DNA of 26,633 nucleotides from a virus, in the IMG/VR virus record IMGVR_UViG_3300045988_163752; one strand, given 5' to 3'. The notes under the pieces were generated by a model, which was not told where the DNA came from, did not search any database, and saw only the letters and a list, made by a program, of their open reading frames with translations. The number at the start of each line of letters is the position of its first letter. Positions within the stretch are counted from its first letter, which is position 1. Of this stretch, positions 19,229 to 26,633 are shown one piece after another. Position numbers and translations under genes: made by a program.

Positions 19229-21605
19229 AATAACAGATATAGGAAAAGTAGCAATAACACCACGAAAAGATTATAAAAATGAGCAAACTTACGAGTGGTT
19301 GGATGTAGTTACACATGATGGAGCAAGTTATATGTGTATAGCAGAAGATGGCTGTACGGGAATAGTTCCAACAAATACGGACTATTGGCAGTTGCTAGCT
19401 AAAGGTGGAGACACAGGCGAAAAAGGCGAAAAAGGCGATACAGGACCTACAGGACCAAAACCAATTAATGGAGTAGATTACAATACAGAAGCAGAGCAAA
19501 AAGAGTTTAAAGACAAAGTAGTAGCAGATAGCAAAACAGATTTGGAAAAATATATAACAGAAAAAGAGACACAGTTGGATAATTACACAAAAGACAAAGA
19601 GACAAAATTAGACGACTATGTAACAGATACGGTAAAACCTGCAATAGACACATATGTAACAGATACAACAAAAAAAGACATAGACAAATACGAGAAAGAA
19701 AAAGAGAAAGTATTAGATACATATACAGACACTAAAAAAACAGAAATAGACAATTATGTAGCAAACACATCTAAACCAGCGCTAGACCAGTACGAAAAAG
19801 ATAAAGAGGCAGAATTAGAAACAGCCAAAAATACTGCGATAAGTGAATACGATGCACACGCAGAAAGTGTTTTAACAGAAACAAACGATTTGTTTAATGC
19901 ATTAGATACAGAAAAAGCAAGCGGAACTGAGCTATACATAGAAGACGCAAAGCCTTGCAGAATTATGAATACTGAAATTGGTGGAATGTATAAACAAGAG
20001 ACTACAACTGGAGCAAATCTACTTGATACATCTGATATGCTATTTAATAATGGCACATTAGAGCAAAATGGACTTACTGCTAAAATAAATACAGATGGAA
20101 GTATTGTTATAAATGGAACAGCAACAGCAAACACATATTTTAAAAAAAGTATAAAAAATATTTTAGAAGATGGAAATTATTATTTTTATAATTTTAATAA
20201 TGTAACGCAATCGAACAGTACATATTATATGTTAATTCAAGGAAATAAAAGTACTGGATATGGAAGTACAGATTACTATAATGCAAGAGGATACCAAACA
20301 GATAATTTTATAAAAGATATAATTACATATGACAGAACTTTTGACTGTACATTTGTATTTATAAATGGATTTGTAGCTAATAATTTAATATTATATCCTG
20401 AAATATCTAAGACTAAGCAAACTGTTTTTGAGTCCTATACAGGAGGCAATCCATCACCAAATCCAGATTATCCGCAAGAAATTATGCAGGTTGAGGAAGT
20501 AAAAACGTATGTAACAGGAAAAAATTGCTATAATATTTCAAATTTTACTGCAAATACAACTATCGGAAGTTTTAGAGGGCACTGGATATATCTAAAGCCA
20601 AATACAAAATATACAATATCTACAAATATGGTTACAAACCCAGACGGTTCACTGTCGCCCATAATTGGAGAGCCAAAGTTATCGGTTGCATACATAGTTG
20701 TAACAACAAATACAGAAACTAATACATTGGATTCTAGCACAAATGGAGTAGCAATTTCAAATGCTAAAAGCAGAACAGTTTTAACGGGTGGAACAGGGGC
20801 ACTTTTTGTAGGATATCGTGCAGGTCAAAATTCAATTCCAACAATGGTAACAAAAGGAGGTTACATACAAATTGAAGAAGGAACAGTTGCAACAGAATAC
20901 GAGCCATACCAAAATCAAACTGTTGCAATAGACCTAAAAGGCAACAAACTATGTGCAGCTTCTGATACAATAAAAGACAAATTACTAATAGATAAAAACG
21001 GTAATGTGGCATTGCAAAAGAATGTAGATAAAATAAGTACAAATGAAAGTACATTTACCTTAAAAAAAGCTACAGAAGCTGCTGAGGGATATTCAGCCTT
21101 TTATTCTATAGGTTTTTATAACATAATAAAGATGAATGGTGGTTTACTGTGCAATTATTTTCAATATGCACCGTATGACGGAAATGGATTTAAAATAAGA
21201 ACATCCGAAGAAATGATTAGCGATGGTGGTGGTTACCGCAGAATATATTTTAGGGTAAAAACAGAAAGACTAGAAACAGATGATGAAAGTGGATATAAAA
21301 AATTTTTAACAGACAATAACATTATAATTTACCATTCATTAGAAACGTCAGAATTAATTGACCTAGGACAAATTCCAGAACTGCCAAAAACATTCGAAGG
21401 CATTAATAACATCTGGGCAGAAACAAACTTAGGCAATACAGAGATAGAAATAGAGTATGTGCAAGATGTAAAGAAACTACTAGAAAAACAAGCAGAACAG
21501 CAAAATGCAAGATTAGATAATATAGAAGCGTTATTAAGTACAACAGAAACAAGTGCACTATTATTAGATAATATGCAAACAGATTTAGAAAGTGAGGTGA
21601 AGTAA
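19218..21605 (+). CDS. tail fibre / host-specificity protein with short collagen-like segment and stalk
   Basis: YEWLDVVTHDGASYMCIAEDGCTGIVPTNTDYWQLLAKGGDTGEKGEKGDTGPTGPKPI (carbohydrate-binding-like module + GXX), repetitive stalk, YTGGNPSPNPDYPQEI motif of phage tail proteins. Confidence 0.85.
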   Translation: METEITDIGKVAITPRKDYKNEQTYEWLDVVTHDGASYMCIAEDGCTGIVPTNTDYWQLLAKGGDTGEKGEKGDTGPTGPKPINGVDYNTEAEQKEFKDKVVADSKTDLEKYITEKETQLDNYTKDKETKLDDYVTDTVKPAIDTYVTDTTKKDIDKYEKEKEKVLDTYTDTKKTEIDNYVANTSKPALDQYEKDKEAELETAKNTAISEYDAHAESVLTETNDLFNALDTEKASGTELYIEDAKPCRIMNTEIGGMYKQETTTGANLLDTSDMLFNNGTLEQNGLTAKINTDGSIVINGTATANTYFKKSIKNILEDGNYYFYNFNNVTQSNSTYYMLIQGNKSTGYGSTDYYNARGYQTDNFIKDIITYDRTFDCTFVFINGFVANNLILYPEISKTKQTVFESYTGGNPSPNPDYPQEIMQVEEVKTYVTGKNCYNISNFTANTTIGSFRGHWIYLKPNTKYTISTNMVTNPDGSLSPIIGEPKLSVAYIVVTTNTETNTLDSSTNGVAISNAKSRTVLTGGTGALFVGYRAGQNSIPTMVTKGGYIQIEEGTVATEYEPYQNQTVAIDLKGNKLCAASDTIKDKLLIDKNGNVALQKNVDKISTNESTFTLKKATEAAEGYSAFYSIGFYNIIKMNGGLLCNYFQYAPYDGNGFKIRTSEEMISDGGGYRRIYFRVKTERLETDDESGYKKFLTDNNIIIYHSLETSELIDLGQIPELPKTFEGINNIWAETNLGNTEIEIEYVQDVKKLLEKQAEQQNARLDNIEALLSTTETSALLLDNMQTDLESEVK

Positions 21606-21606
21606 G

Positions 21607-21822
21607 ATGAATGAACTATTAGTAAAATTACTAGAAAATTTAATTGCAAAAAAATATTACACAAACAAAGAAGAAATAGAAAACAAATTAAATGTATTCT
21701 ATGCAATGTCTAAAATAACAGATGAAGAATACAGCAATTTAACACTAAAAGTAGAAGAAGTTTACGCAGTAGTAGAAGATACAGAAGCAACAGAAGAAGC
21801 TGCAGAAAGTGAGGCTGAATAA
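21607..21822 (+). CDS. 71-aa small protein between tail fibre and holin
   Basis: ORF with SD GAGGTGAAG; overlaps the next start (TAATG). Confidence 0.55.
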   Translation: MNELLVKLLENLIAKKYYTNKEEIENKLNVFYAMSKITDEEYSNLTLKVEEVYAVVEDTEATEEAAESEAE

Positions 21823-22106
21823 TGGCATTAATTAATTTTATAAAAGATTATTGGGTACAGATAGTATTTATCTGTACCTTTATTATGACAATATACAAAT
21901 TTGGAAAAGCAATGCTAGAAGCCACAAAATGTAGCTTAAGGAACGATATTTTAGAAATATACGATAGATGTAAAGATACTAAAAAAATAACTAAATGGCA
22001 ATTAGAAAGTATAGAGTATAGCTACAAACAATACAAGATGCTAAAGGGCAATTCTTTTGTAGAAACATTAGTAGAAAAAGTGGAAGATTTTGAAATTATT
22101 GATTAG
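21822..22106 (+). CDS. holin-like membrane protein
   Basis: WVQIVFICTFIMTIYKFGKAMLEA hydrophobic segment, charged C-terminus, directly upstream of lysin. Confidence 0.65.
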   Translation: MALINFIKDYWVQIVFICTFIMTIYKFGKAMLEATKCSLRNDILEIYDRCKDTKKITKWQLESIEYSYKQYKMLKGNSFVETLVEKVEDFEIID

Positions 22107-22118
22107 GAGGGAACAGTT

Positions 22119-23471
22119 ATGAATAATAATAAAAGAAAAATGATTATAACTGCAATAGTAACAATTATTTTGGCTATAGTTAGTGCTATATGGGGCGTCA
22201 ACTATAGTGAACGAGATGTAAAAGAAATTAGCGATTCTGTGGAAACTGTGGTTAACTATGTTGATAATGCAACATCTACAACAGAGATAGTAGAAACAAC
22301 AGAAACGGAAGAACAGACATTAGAAGTAGAACAAGAAGTCGAATCCGATGCTGTTGTTGAACAAGAGAATATTGCATATAATGGAAGTTCTACTGGTAAT
22401 GGACTATCTTTATTAGGAGAATGTACAGGGCTTACATATTACAGTCAAGCAGATTCCAGATGGGCTAATTATCCATATACAGCTACAAATAACTCTACAC
22501 AAACAATGAAAAGTAGTGCATGTGGTCCAACATCGGCTGCAATGGTTGTATCTAGTTCAAAAGGTTCAATATTGCCAACCACGATGTCGGATTTATTTGT
22601 TCAAAATGGATTTAGAACAGCCAATAGTGGTACTGCCTGGTCTGCATATAGCTGGATAGCTGATTATTTTAATTTTAATGATTATAAGTATACATCTAAT
22701 TACAATACAATGTTAGATTATTTAAGCAGAGGGTATTATGTAATCGCAAGTTGTGGAAGTGGCTTATTCACTTACGGCGGGCACTATATTGTATTAGTAG
22801 GAGTAGAAAATGGAAACATAAAGATTTATGATCCATATTTATATACAAATAAATTCAATACAGCTAGTAGAAGGAATAAAGTTACTGTAAATGGAAATAC
22901 GGTTTATTGTAGTATAGATAATTTTAAGAAATATGCAAATTATAAGGGTTTTTGGTGTTTCAGCAATGATAGTGGTTTAACAGAAAATAAAAGTACAGAT
23001 ATAAAAACTGTAGTAGCAGATAACAATATAGAAGATACAAATTATAAAGTAAGAATAACTGCAAGTAGCTTGAGAGTGCGAGAAGGTGCAAGTACAAATT
23101 ATACCCAAATTTCTTCTTATAAAAAAGGTACAGTTGTTACAATCTATCAAAAATATAAAAACTGGGGCAAAACTGCATCTGGTTGGATATGTTTAGATTA
23201 TACTACTAATCAAATTAATTCTACAGTATATACAACAGGAAAATACAAAGTTAGCACTAATATTCATGTAAGAATGTGTGCAGGGACAAATTATAAAGCA
23301 AAGACATATAAACAGTTAACTCAAAATGCAAGATACCAAAATAAGCTTTGTGGTAATTATTATTACAATGGATACAAAAAAGGTGTAATTTGTAATATTA
23401 CAAAAGTACACGGCAACTGGGGATTAACAAAAAGTGGTTGGATATGTTTAGACTATTGCAAAAAAATTTAA
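22119..23471 (+). CDS. lysin: N-terminal TM anchor, C39-like cysteine peptidase, two SH3b-like domains
   Basis: MIITAIVTIILAIVSAIWGVNY; YYSQADSRWANYPY..CGPTSAAMV..GHYIVLVGVENGNIKIYDP; repeated VRITASSLRVREGASTNYTQI / VSTNIHVRMCAGTNYKAK. Confidence 0.85.
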   Translation: MNNNKRKMIITAIVTIILAIVSAIWGVNYSERDVKEISDSVETVVNYVDNATSTTEIVETTETEEQTLEVEQEVESDAVVEQENIAYNGSSTGNGLSLLGECTGLTYYSQADSRWANYPYTATNNSTQTMKSSACGPTSAAMVVSSSKGSILPTTMSDLFVQNGFRTANSGTAWSAYSWIADYFNFNDYKYTSNYNTMLDYLSRGYYVIASCGSGLFTYGGHYIVLVGVENGNIKIYDPYLYTNKFNTASRRNKVTVNGNTVYCSIDNFKKYANYKGFWCFSNDSGLTENKSTDIKTVVADNNIEDTNYKVRITASSLRVREGASTNYTQISSYKKGTVVTIYQKYKNWGKTASGWICLDYTTNQINSTVYTTGKYKVSTNIHVRMCAGTNYKAKTYKQLTQNARYQNKLCGNYYYNGYKKGVICNITKVHGNWGLTKSGWICLDYCKKI

Positions 23472-23495
23472 AAGAGGAGCCTTTAAACTCCTCTT
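23470..23495. terminator. bidirectional terminator hairpin between lysin and RHH gene
   Basis: AAAGAGGAG-CCTTTAAA-CTCCTCTTT perfect 9-bp stem. Confidence 0.75.
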
Positions 23496-23497
23496 TC

Positions 23498-23929
23498 CTA
23501 ATCTTCCCAAATATCAGTAACCTTTACTTCAATTTTTGTAGCATCATCATTTTCTTTTACGACTTCAAATTCTACTATAATATTTTTATCCTCTGTTATA
23601 TAATAAGCAACACTATTTTGTGCTAGGCAATCTTCTAAGTAATCAAAAATTCCTTCTGTACAATTTGTAATACCTTGAGCTGTATTATCCATTTCTACTA
23701 ATGTCATTTTCTTATTTAATAATTCCTCTTTTAATTCTTTAATCATTTCTTCCATTTTCTTTTCCTCACTTTCAAAAATATAATTATTTACAAAATCTTT
23801 TAAAACTTTAGAGGCATTTGTGTTATTATCCTCGCAAGCTTTTTTAAACTTTTCCCTTACTTCTGGTCTAACATCAATGCCTAATTTAACCAGATTGTTT
23901 TTCATGTACTTTTTTTGAGATTCGTACAC
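23498..23929 (-). CDS. ribbon-helix-helix-like transcriptional regulator with C-terminal acidic domain
   Basis: GIDVRPEVREKFKKACEDNNTNASKVLKDFVNNYI; divergent from phage late genes; GTG start. Confidence 0.6.
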   Translation of the reverse strand: MYESQKKYMKNNLVKLGIDVRPEVREKFKKACEDNNTNASKVLKDFVNNYIFESEEKKMEEMIKELKEELLNKKMTLVEMDNTAQGITNCTEGIFDYLEDCLAQNSVAYYITEDKNIIVEFEVVKENDDATKIEVKVTDIWED

Positions 23930-23959
23930 AACATCACTTCCTTTTTTGTTTCTGTAATT

Positions 23960-23988
23960 ATATTATCATATACGTACGTATATGTCAA
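23960..23988 (-). promoter_or_regulatory. promoter TTGACA-17-TAATAT with 18-bp perfect palindrome CATATACGTACGTATATG (23967-23984) in the spacer
   Basis: minus-strand -35 TTGACA at 23988-23983, -10 TAATAT at 23965-23960; palindrome occupies the spacer and overlaps the -35. Confidence 0.75.
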
Positions 23989-24167
23989 GCATTTTTTCAA
24001 AGAAAATTAAAAATTTTAAAAAATCCTCAAAACCCTTTAAAACAGAGGCATAAAACTATATTAATTAAAAATAAAAATGGCTTAAAATCGATTGTAGAAG
24101 GTCGATTTTTACTTATTTTCGTATAATTACACATTAAAAATAAATGAACATTTTTTATCAAAAAATA

Positions 24168-24196
24168 TTGAATTTTATATTTTTTATTTATATAAT
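24168..24196 (+). promoter_or_regulatory. promoter TTGAAT-17-TATAAT for microprotein unit
   Basis: -35 24168-24173, -10 24191-24196; followed by ATGTAC...GTACAT inverted repeat. Confidence 0.7.
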
Positions 24197-24248
24197 TAAT
24201 GTACTAAAAAACACATTTGTACATAAGATATAAAAGGAGGGGGTATAT

Positions 24249-24326
24249 ATGTATCAAGATTGGATGGAAAATGTACCTTTAGATGTAGATTCTAATAAAG
24301 GCAATAATAAGGAAAACAATAAATAA
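24249..24326 (+). CDS. 25-aa microprotein MYQDWMENVPLDVDSNKGNNKENNK
   Basis: strong SD AAAGGAGGGGG, own promoter and terminator; below track length cutoff. Confidence 0.5.
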   Translation: MYQDWMENVPLDVDSNKGNNKENNK

Positions 24327-24358
24327 AAATAAGAAGAGTTTATACTCTTCTTATTTTT
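24325..24358. terminator. bidirectional terminator
   Basis: AAAAATAAGAAGAGT-TTAT-ACTCTTCTTATTTTT, shared by microprotein and minus-strand membrane gene. Confidence 0.85.
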
Positions 24359-25413
24359 GGCTCTAAATATTTAAAAGCTTTTAATTTGTTTTTTTCTTCT
24401 TTTTCTCCATCTTTTTTTCTAATTTTTTGCCATTCTACATAAACATGTATAATATTAGTATAATATTTATCTGCATAATTTTTATTATAGTACCCAATTG
24501 TAGCTGCTAATGTTTTTACTGTTCTTAGGAAAATTTGGTGCAGAGATTGATAGATATAGTACGTACCTGCGGATTGGCTAGAAATATACATACATATATA
24601 TTCTAATTCATTTAATACGTCCGATACTAGTGATCCAAAACGGAATGGTAAACCTTGATTGTCTAATACAAATAATTTCCTTGCTTCTTCGTCAGTATAG
24701 GTTCTTTTATATAGGCTATTATATTCATCTATAGAATGTTTCTGCAGATAAAATTTTTTAAATTCGATATGAAGTAGCCCTTTTGCTTTTAAGTCGTTAA
24801 GTTGTTTTTTGGAATATTTTTTAGACATTATTTTTTCAATAATTGAGGTGATTTCTTTTGAATTTTTATATATAATTTCTTTTATACTTTTTGTGGAAAT
24901 TCTATGCTCTAAAAGATGTAAATATGTAAGTTGTAAATCTCCGTTATTAAAGCAATCTTCATAACTATTCCAAAATTGTTGATTTTCATATAAATTTGAA
25001 ATTTCTTCTCTATCAAAGCGCTTTAGATTATTCATATTAATATGTTTTAAATCTAATAAATCTCCTAAGCTACTTTTACTAATAACCGTGCCTATTATAT
25101 AACATTTGTTTAGTAGTTCGTCTGAAAATAATTTTGCAATTTCAGCACCTTTTTGTTGTTGAGAAAGATTTTTTGATTTATCAAATTGATAAATTCCCCA
25201 AAATAATGCTAAAACTCCACCTAATGCCGTTATCCAGATTCCCCAATTATTAAGAGATATATCGAAAATAAAGATTTCTTGTGTTTCAAAATTATCAGGA
25301 GTTTGTCTCGAAAAATTAAATAATAAAATACTTGATCCAATAAATAATATTGCTATGATAAGAAATATATACCATCGTTCTTTAATATAATTTAAAAATC
25401 CTAAGTGTTTCAT
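24340..25413 (-). CDS. accessory membrane protein: two N-terminal TM segments plus about 270-aa helical cytosolic domain
   Basis: MKHLGFLNYIKERWYIFLIIAILFIGSSILLF..WGIWITALGGVLALFWGIYQF; start 25413 with GGAGG SD, not the 25521 track start. Confidence 0.7.
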   Translation of the reverse strand: MKHLGFLNYIKERWYIFLIIAILFIGSSILLFNFSRQTPDNFETQEIFIFDISLNNWGIWITALGGVLALFWGIYQFDKSKNLSQQQKGAEIAKLFSDELLNKCYIIGTVISKSSLGDLLDLKHINMNNLKRFDREEISNLYENQQFWNSYEDCFNNGDLQLTYLHLLEHRISTKSIKEIIYKNSKEITSIIEKIMSKKYSKKQLNDLKAKGLLHIEFKKFYLQKHSIDEYNSLYKRTYTDEEARKLFVLDNQGLPFRFGSLVSDVLNELEYICMYISSQSAGTYYIYQSLHQIFLRTVKTLAATIGYYNKNYADKYYTNIIHVYVEWQKIRKKDGEKEEKNKLKAFKYLEPKIRRV

Positions 25414-25443
25414 ATAGATCCTCCGTAAAAATAATTTATAGTG

Positions 25444-25472
25444 ATTATATAAAGTTTTAAATTTAAAATCAA
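25444..25472 (-). promoter_or_regulatory. promoter TTGATT-17-TATAAT for membrane protein gene
   Basis: minus strand -35 at 25472-25467, -10 at 25449-25444. Confidence 0.7.
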
Positions 25473-25503
25473 CAGAAAAGTCGAAAAATGTAAAAATAAA
25501 GTG

Positions 25504-25520
25504 TTCGACAAATTTCGACA
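25504..25520 (-). promoter_or_regulatory. tandem Spo0A-box-like sites TGTCGAA-ATT-TGTCGAA (10-bp spacing) in divergent intergenic region
   Basis: plus strand TTCGACA-AAT-TTCGACA; same architecture as 13195-13211. Confidence 0.6.
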
Positions 25521-25563
25521 CAAATAATTAACATAATATGCTATAATTAATAGAGGTGATTAA

Positions 25564-25710
25564 ATGAGTATAGACTTGCTAATAATCCGCAACCGTGCAA
25601 GACTAGAAAAATTAATTACAGAAGATAAAGAATATAGCATAATACTAAAACAAAGCCAAAAGCTGGACAAATTAATAAATGCCAAAATGAAAGAGATTAA
25701 CGCAAGTTAG
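25564..25710 (+). CDS. Spo0E-like aspartyl-phosphate phosphatase (48 aa)
   Basis: MSIDLLIIRNRARLEKLITEDKEYSIILKQSQKLDKLINAKMKEINAS; SQxLDxLI Spo0E-family signature; SD GAGGTGAT; -10 TATAAT 25542-25547; not in ORF track. Confidence 0.75.
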   Translation: MSIDLLIIRNRARLEKLITEDKEYSIILKQSQKLDKLINAKMKEINAS

Positions 25711-25757
25711 TCTCTTTTACTGTTGTATACATATTATTATTAAAATGTATTGTGGAG

Positions 25758-26084
25758 TCAACTTTTTTCTTGTATCTCTATATTAATTAACAAATCTATT
25801 ACCTGGCTTATTTCCATAACTTCTGCGGAATTTAAGCCATATTTATCTATCCTGGCATACATTTCTTCTTTTAAACTATTTATATCTGCTGTAGCATAGA
25901 ATAAATCTCTTATATTTACATCTAATGCATTAGAAATTTTATACATTGTAGCCAAGGAAGGATTGCTTTTTTTATTATTTTCTAATGCGTGTAAATAGCT
26001 TCTACTAATACCAGTTTCTTTTTCTAATTTATATAAAGTTATATTTTTCTTTTCTCTAACCTCTTTAATTCTAAAAATAAACAT
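25758..26084 (-). CDS. XRE-family HTH regulator with C-terminal Spo0E-like domain
   Basis: RIKEVREKKNITLYKLEKETGISRSYLHALENNKKSNPSLATMYKISNALDVNIRDLF then INSLKEEMYARIDKYGLNSAEVMEISQVIDLLINIEIQ. Confidence 0.85.
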   Translation of the reverse strand: MFIFRIKEVREKKNITLYKLEKETGISRSYLHALENNKKSNPSLATMYKISNALDVNIRDLFYATADINSLKEEMYARIDKYGLNSAEVMEISQVIDLLINIEIQEKS

Positions 26085-26182
26085 AAAATACCTCTTAAAA
26101 TAGTATCTTATTATTTTATATAATTATTCAAAAAAGTGCTAGATGTAGCTGGCAGAGAACGCTTTGTGTCGAACGATTTTGC

Positions 26183-26210
26183 TTGACTTTCTGTGTTATT
26201 AAAATATAAT
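26183..26210 (+). promoter_or_regulatory. promoter TTGACT-16-TATAAT
   Basis: -35 26183-26188, -10 26205-26210; single TGTCGAA upstream at 26167-26173. Confidence 0.65.
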
Positions 26211-26221
26211 AAAAAAAGAAA

Positions 26222-26302
26222 AGAGATAGACAACTGGAACTTATCTATCTCTCAAGGACTGTTACTCTAACACAAACGTAACAGTTAGAGTATACAGTCC
26301 TT
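26222..26302 (+). ncRNA. structured 5' leader or small RNA with two strong hairpins
   Basis: AGAGATAGA/TCTATCTCT (26222-26252) and AAGGACTGTTACTCTAAC/GTTAGAGTATACAGTCCTT (26254-26302) between promoter and ORF 26330. Confidence 0.5.
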
Positions 26303-26329
26303 TACAAAATTTGTCAAGGAGGAATACAT

Positions 26330-26479
26330 ATGAAAGAAATTATTATTGCAGAAAACGAACTAATACGATTATATTCTATAGAGGAAAAGAAAAAATTCTT
26401 TGAAGAAAAGCAATATTTAAGTGTAGAGAATCTAATTAAAATAAATATGAATTACGCCAAAATTACGCCAAATAAATAA
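26330..26479 (+). CDS. 49-aa small protein, unknown
   Basis: MKEIIIAENELIRLYSIEEKKKFFEEKQYLSVENLIKINMNYAKITPNK; SD AAGGAGG; not in ORF track. Confidence 0.5.
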   Translation: MKEIIIAENELIRLYSIEEKKKFFEEKQYLSVENLIKINMNYAKITPNK

Positions 26480-26483
26480 AAAT

Positions 26484-26509
26484 AGAGATACAGAAAACTC
26501 TGTACCTCT
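26484..26509 (-). terminator. terminator downstream of tRNA-Gly
   Basis: minus strand AGAGGTACAGA-GTTT-TCTGTATCTCT followed by ATTTTTATT. Confidence 0.7.
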
Positions 26510-26520
26510 TGAAAATACTA

Positions 26521-26594
<74 letters not shown>

Positions 26595-26633
26595 AAGTAC
26601 GATATAATTATAACATCAATTTATAACAGATAT

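Noticed and set aside
19390-19860. Repeats in the tail fibre gene considered as a diversity-generating retroelement target
   Set aside because: No reverse transcriptase, template repeat or adenine-variable pattern in the window; repeats encode a stalk.
23438-23626. Plus-strand ORF of 62 aa overlapping lysin end and RHH gene
   Set aside because: Crosses a strong terminator and is antisense to the RHH gene; no SD.
24084-24109. AAAATCGA/TCGATTTT inverted repeat as a regulatory element
   Set aside because: Could be a weak hairpin, but no gene end or promoter is clearly linked to it, so not claimed.
24413-25521. Track start at 25521 for the minus-strand membrane protein
   Set aside because: Residues 1-36 lie across the promoter and boxes; ATG 25413 has a clear GGAGG SD.

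Overview
The window is a low-GC Firmicute (Clostridia-like) siphovirus prophage late region read left to right. Order: small Cys-rich ORFs, HNH endonuclease, P27-type small terminase, large terminase, portal, protease, HK97-type capsid, head-tail connectors, major tail protein, frameshifted tail chaperone, 1156-aa tape measure, membrane-protein moron, distal tail, dockerin-bearing baseplate protein, tail endopeptidase/baseplate protein, BppU-like coiled-coil protein, collagen-like tail fibre, holin, C39/SH3 lysin. An accessory segment follows (about 23.5-26.5 kb) and ends at a minus-strand tRNA-Gly(TCC). Main observations: (1) A sporulation-linked accessory module. It has a 48-aa Spo0E-like ORF missing from the ORF track (25564-25710) and, beside it, an XRE regulator whose C-terminus also looks Spo0E-like (SQVID). 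Tandem Spo0A-box-like TGTCGAA sites with 10-bp spacing lie upstream of the 48-aa ORF. The same tandem box arrangement precedes the moron inside the tail module. (2) Three late genes need a +1 frame change: the tail chaperone, the distal tail C-terminus, and the baseplate protein that carries the dockerin. In the last two, the shift point coincides with the only in-frame CGG codons I found in the annotated genes, and each resolves as CGG-A to GGA. (3) Self-contained regulatory cassettes: an 18-bp perfect palindrome filling a -35/-10 spacer, a microprotein unit, and a structured leader. No CRISPR array, integrase, reverse transcriptase or transposase was found. All family assignments come from reading the sequence by eye, not from searches.
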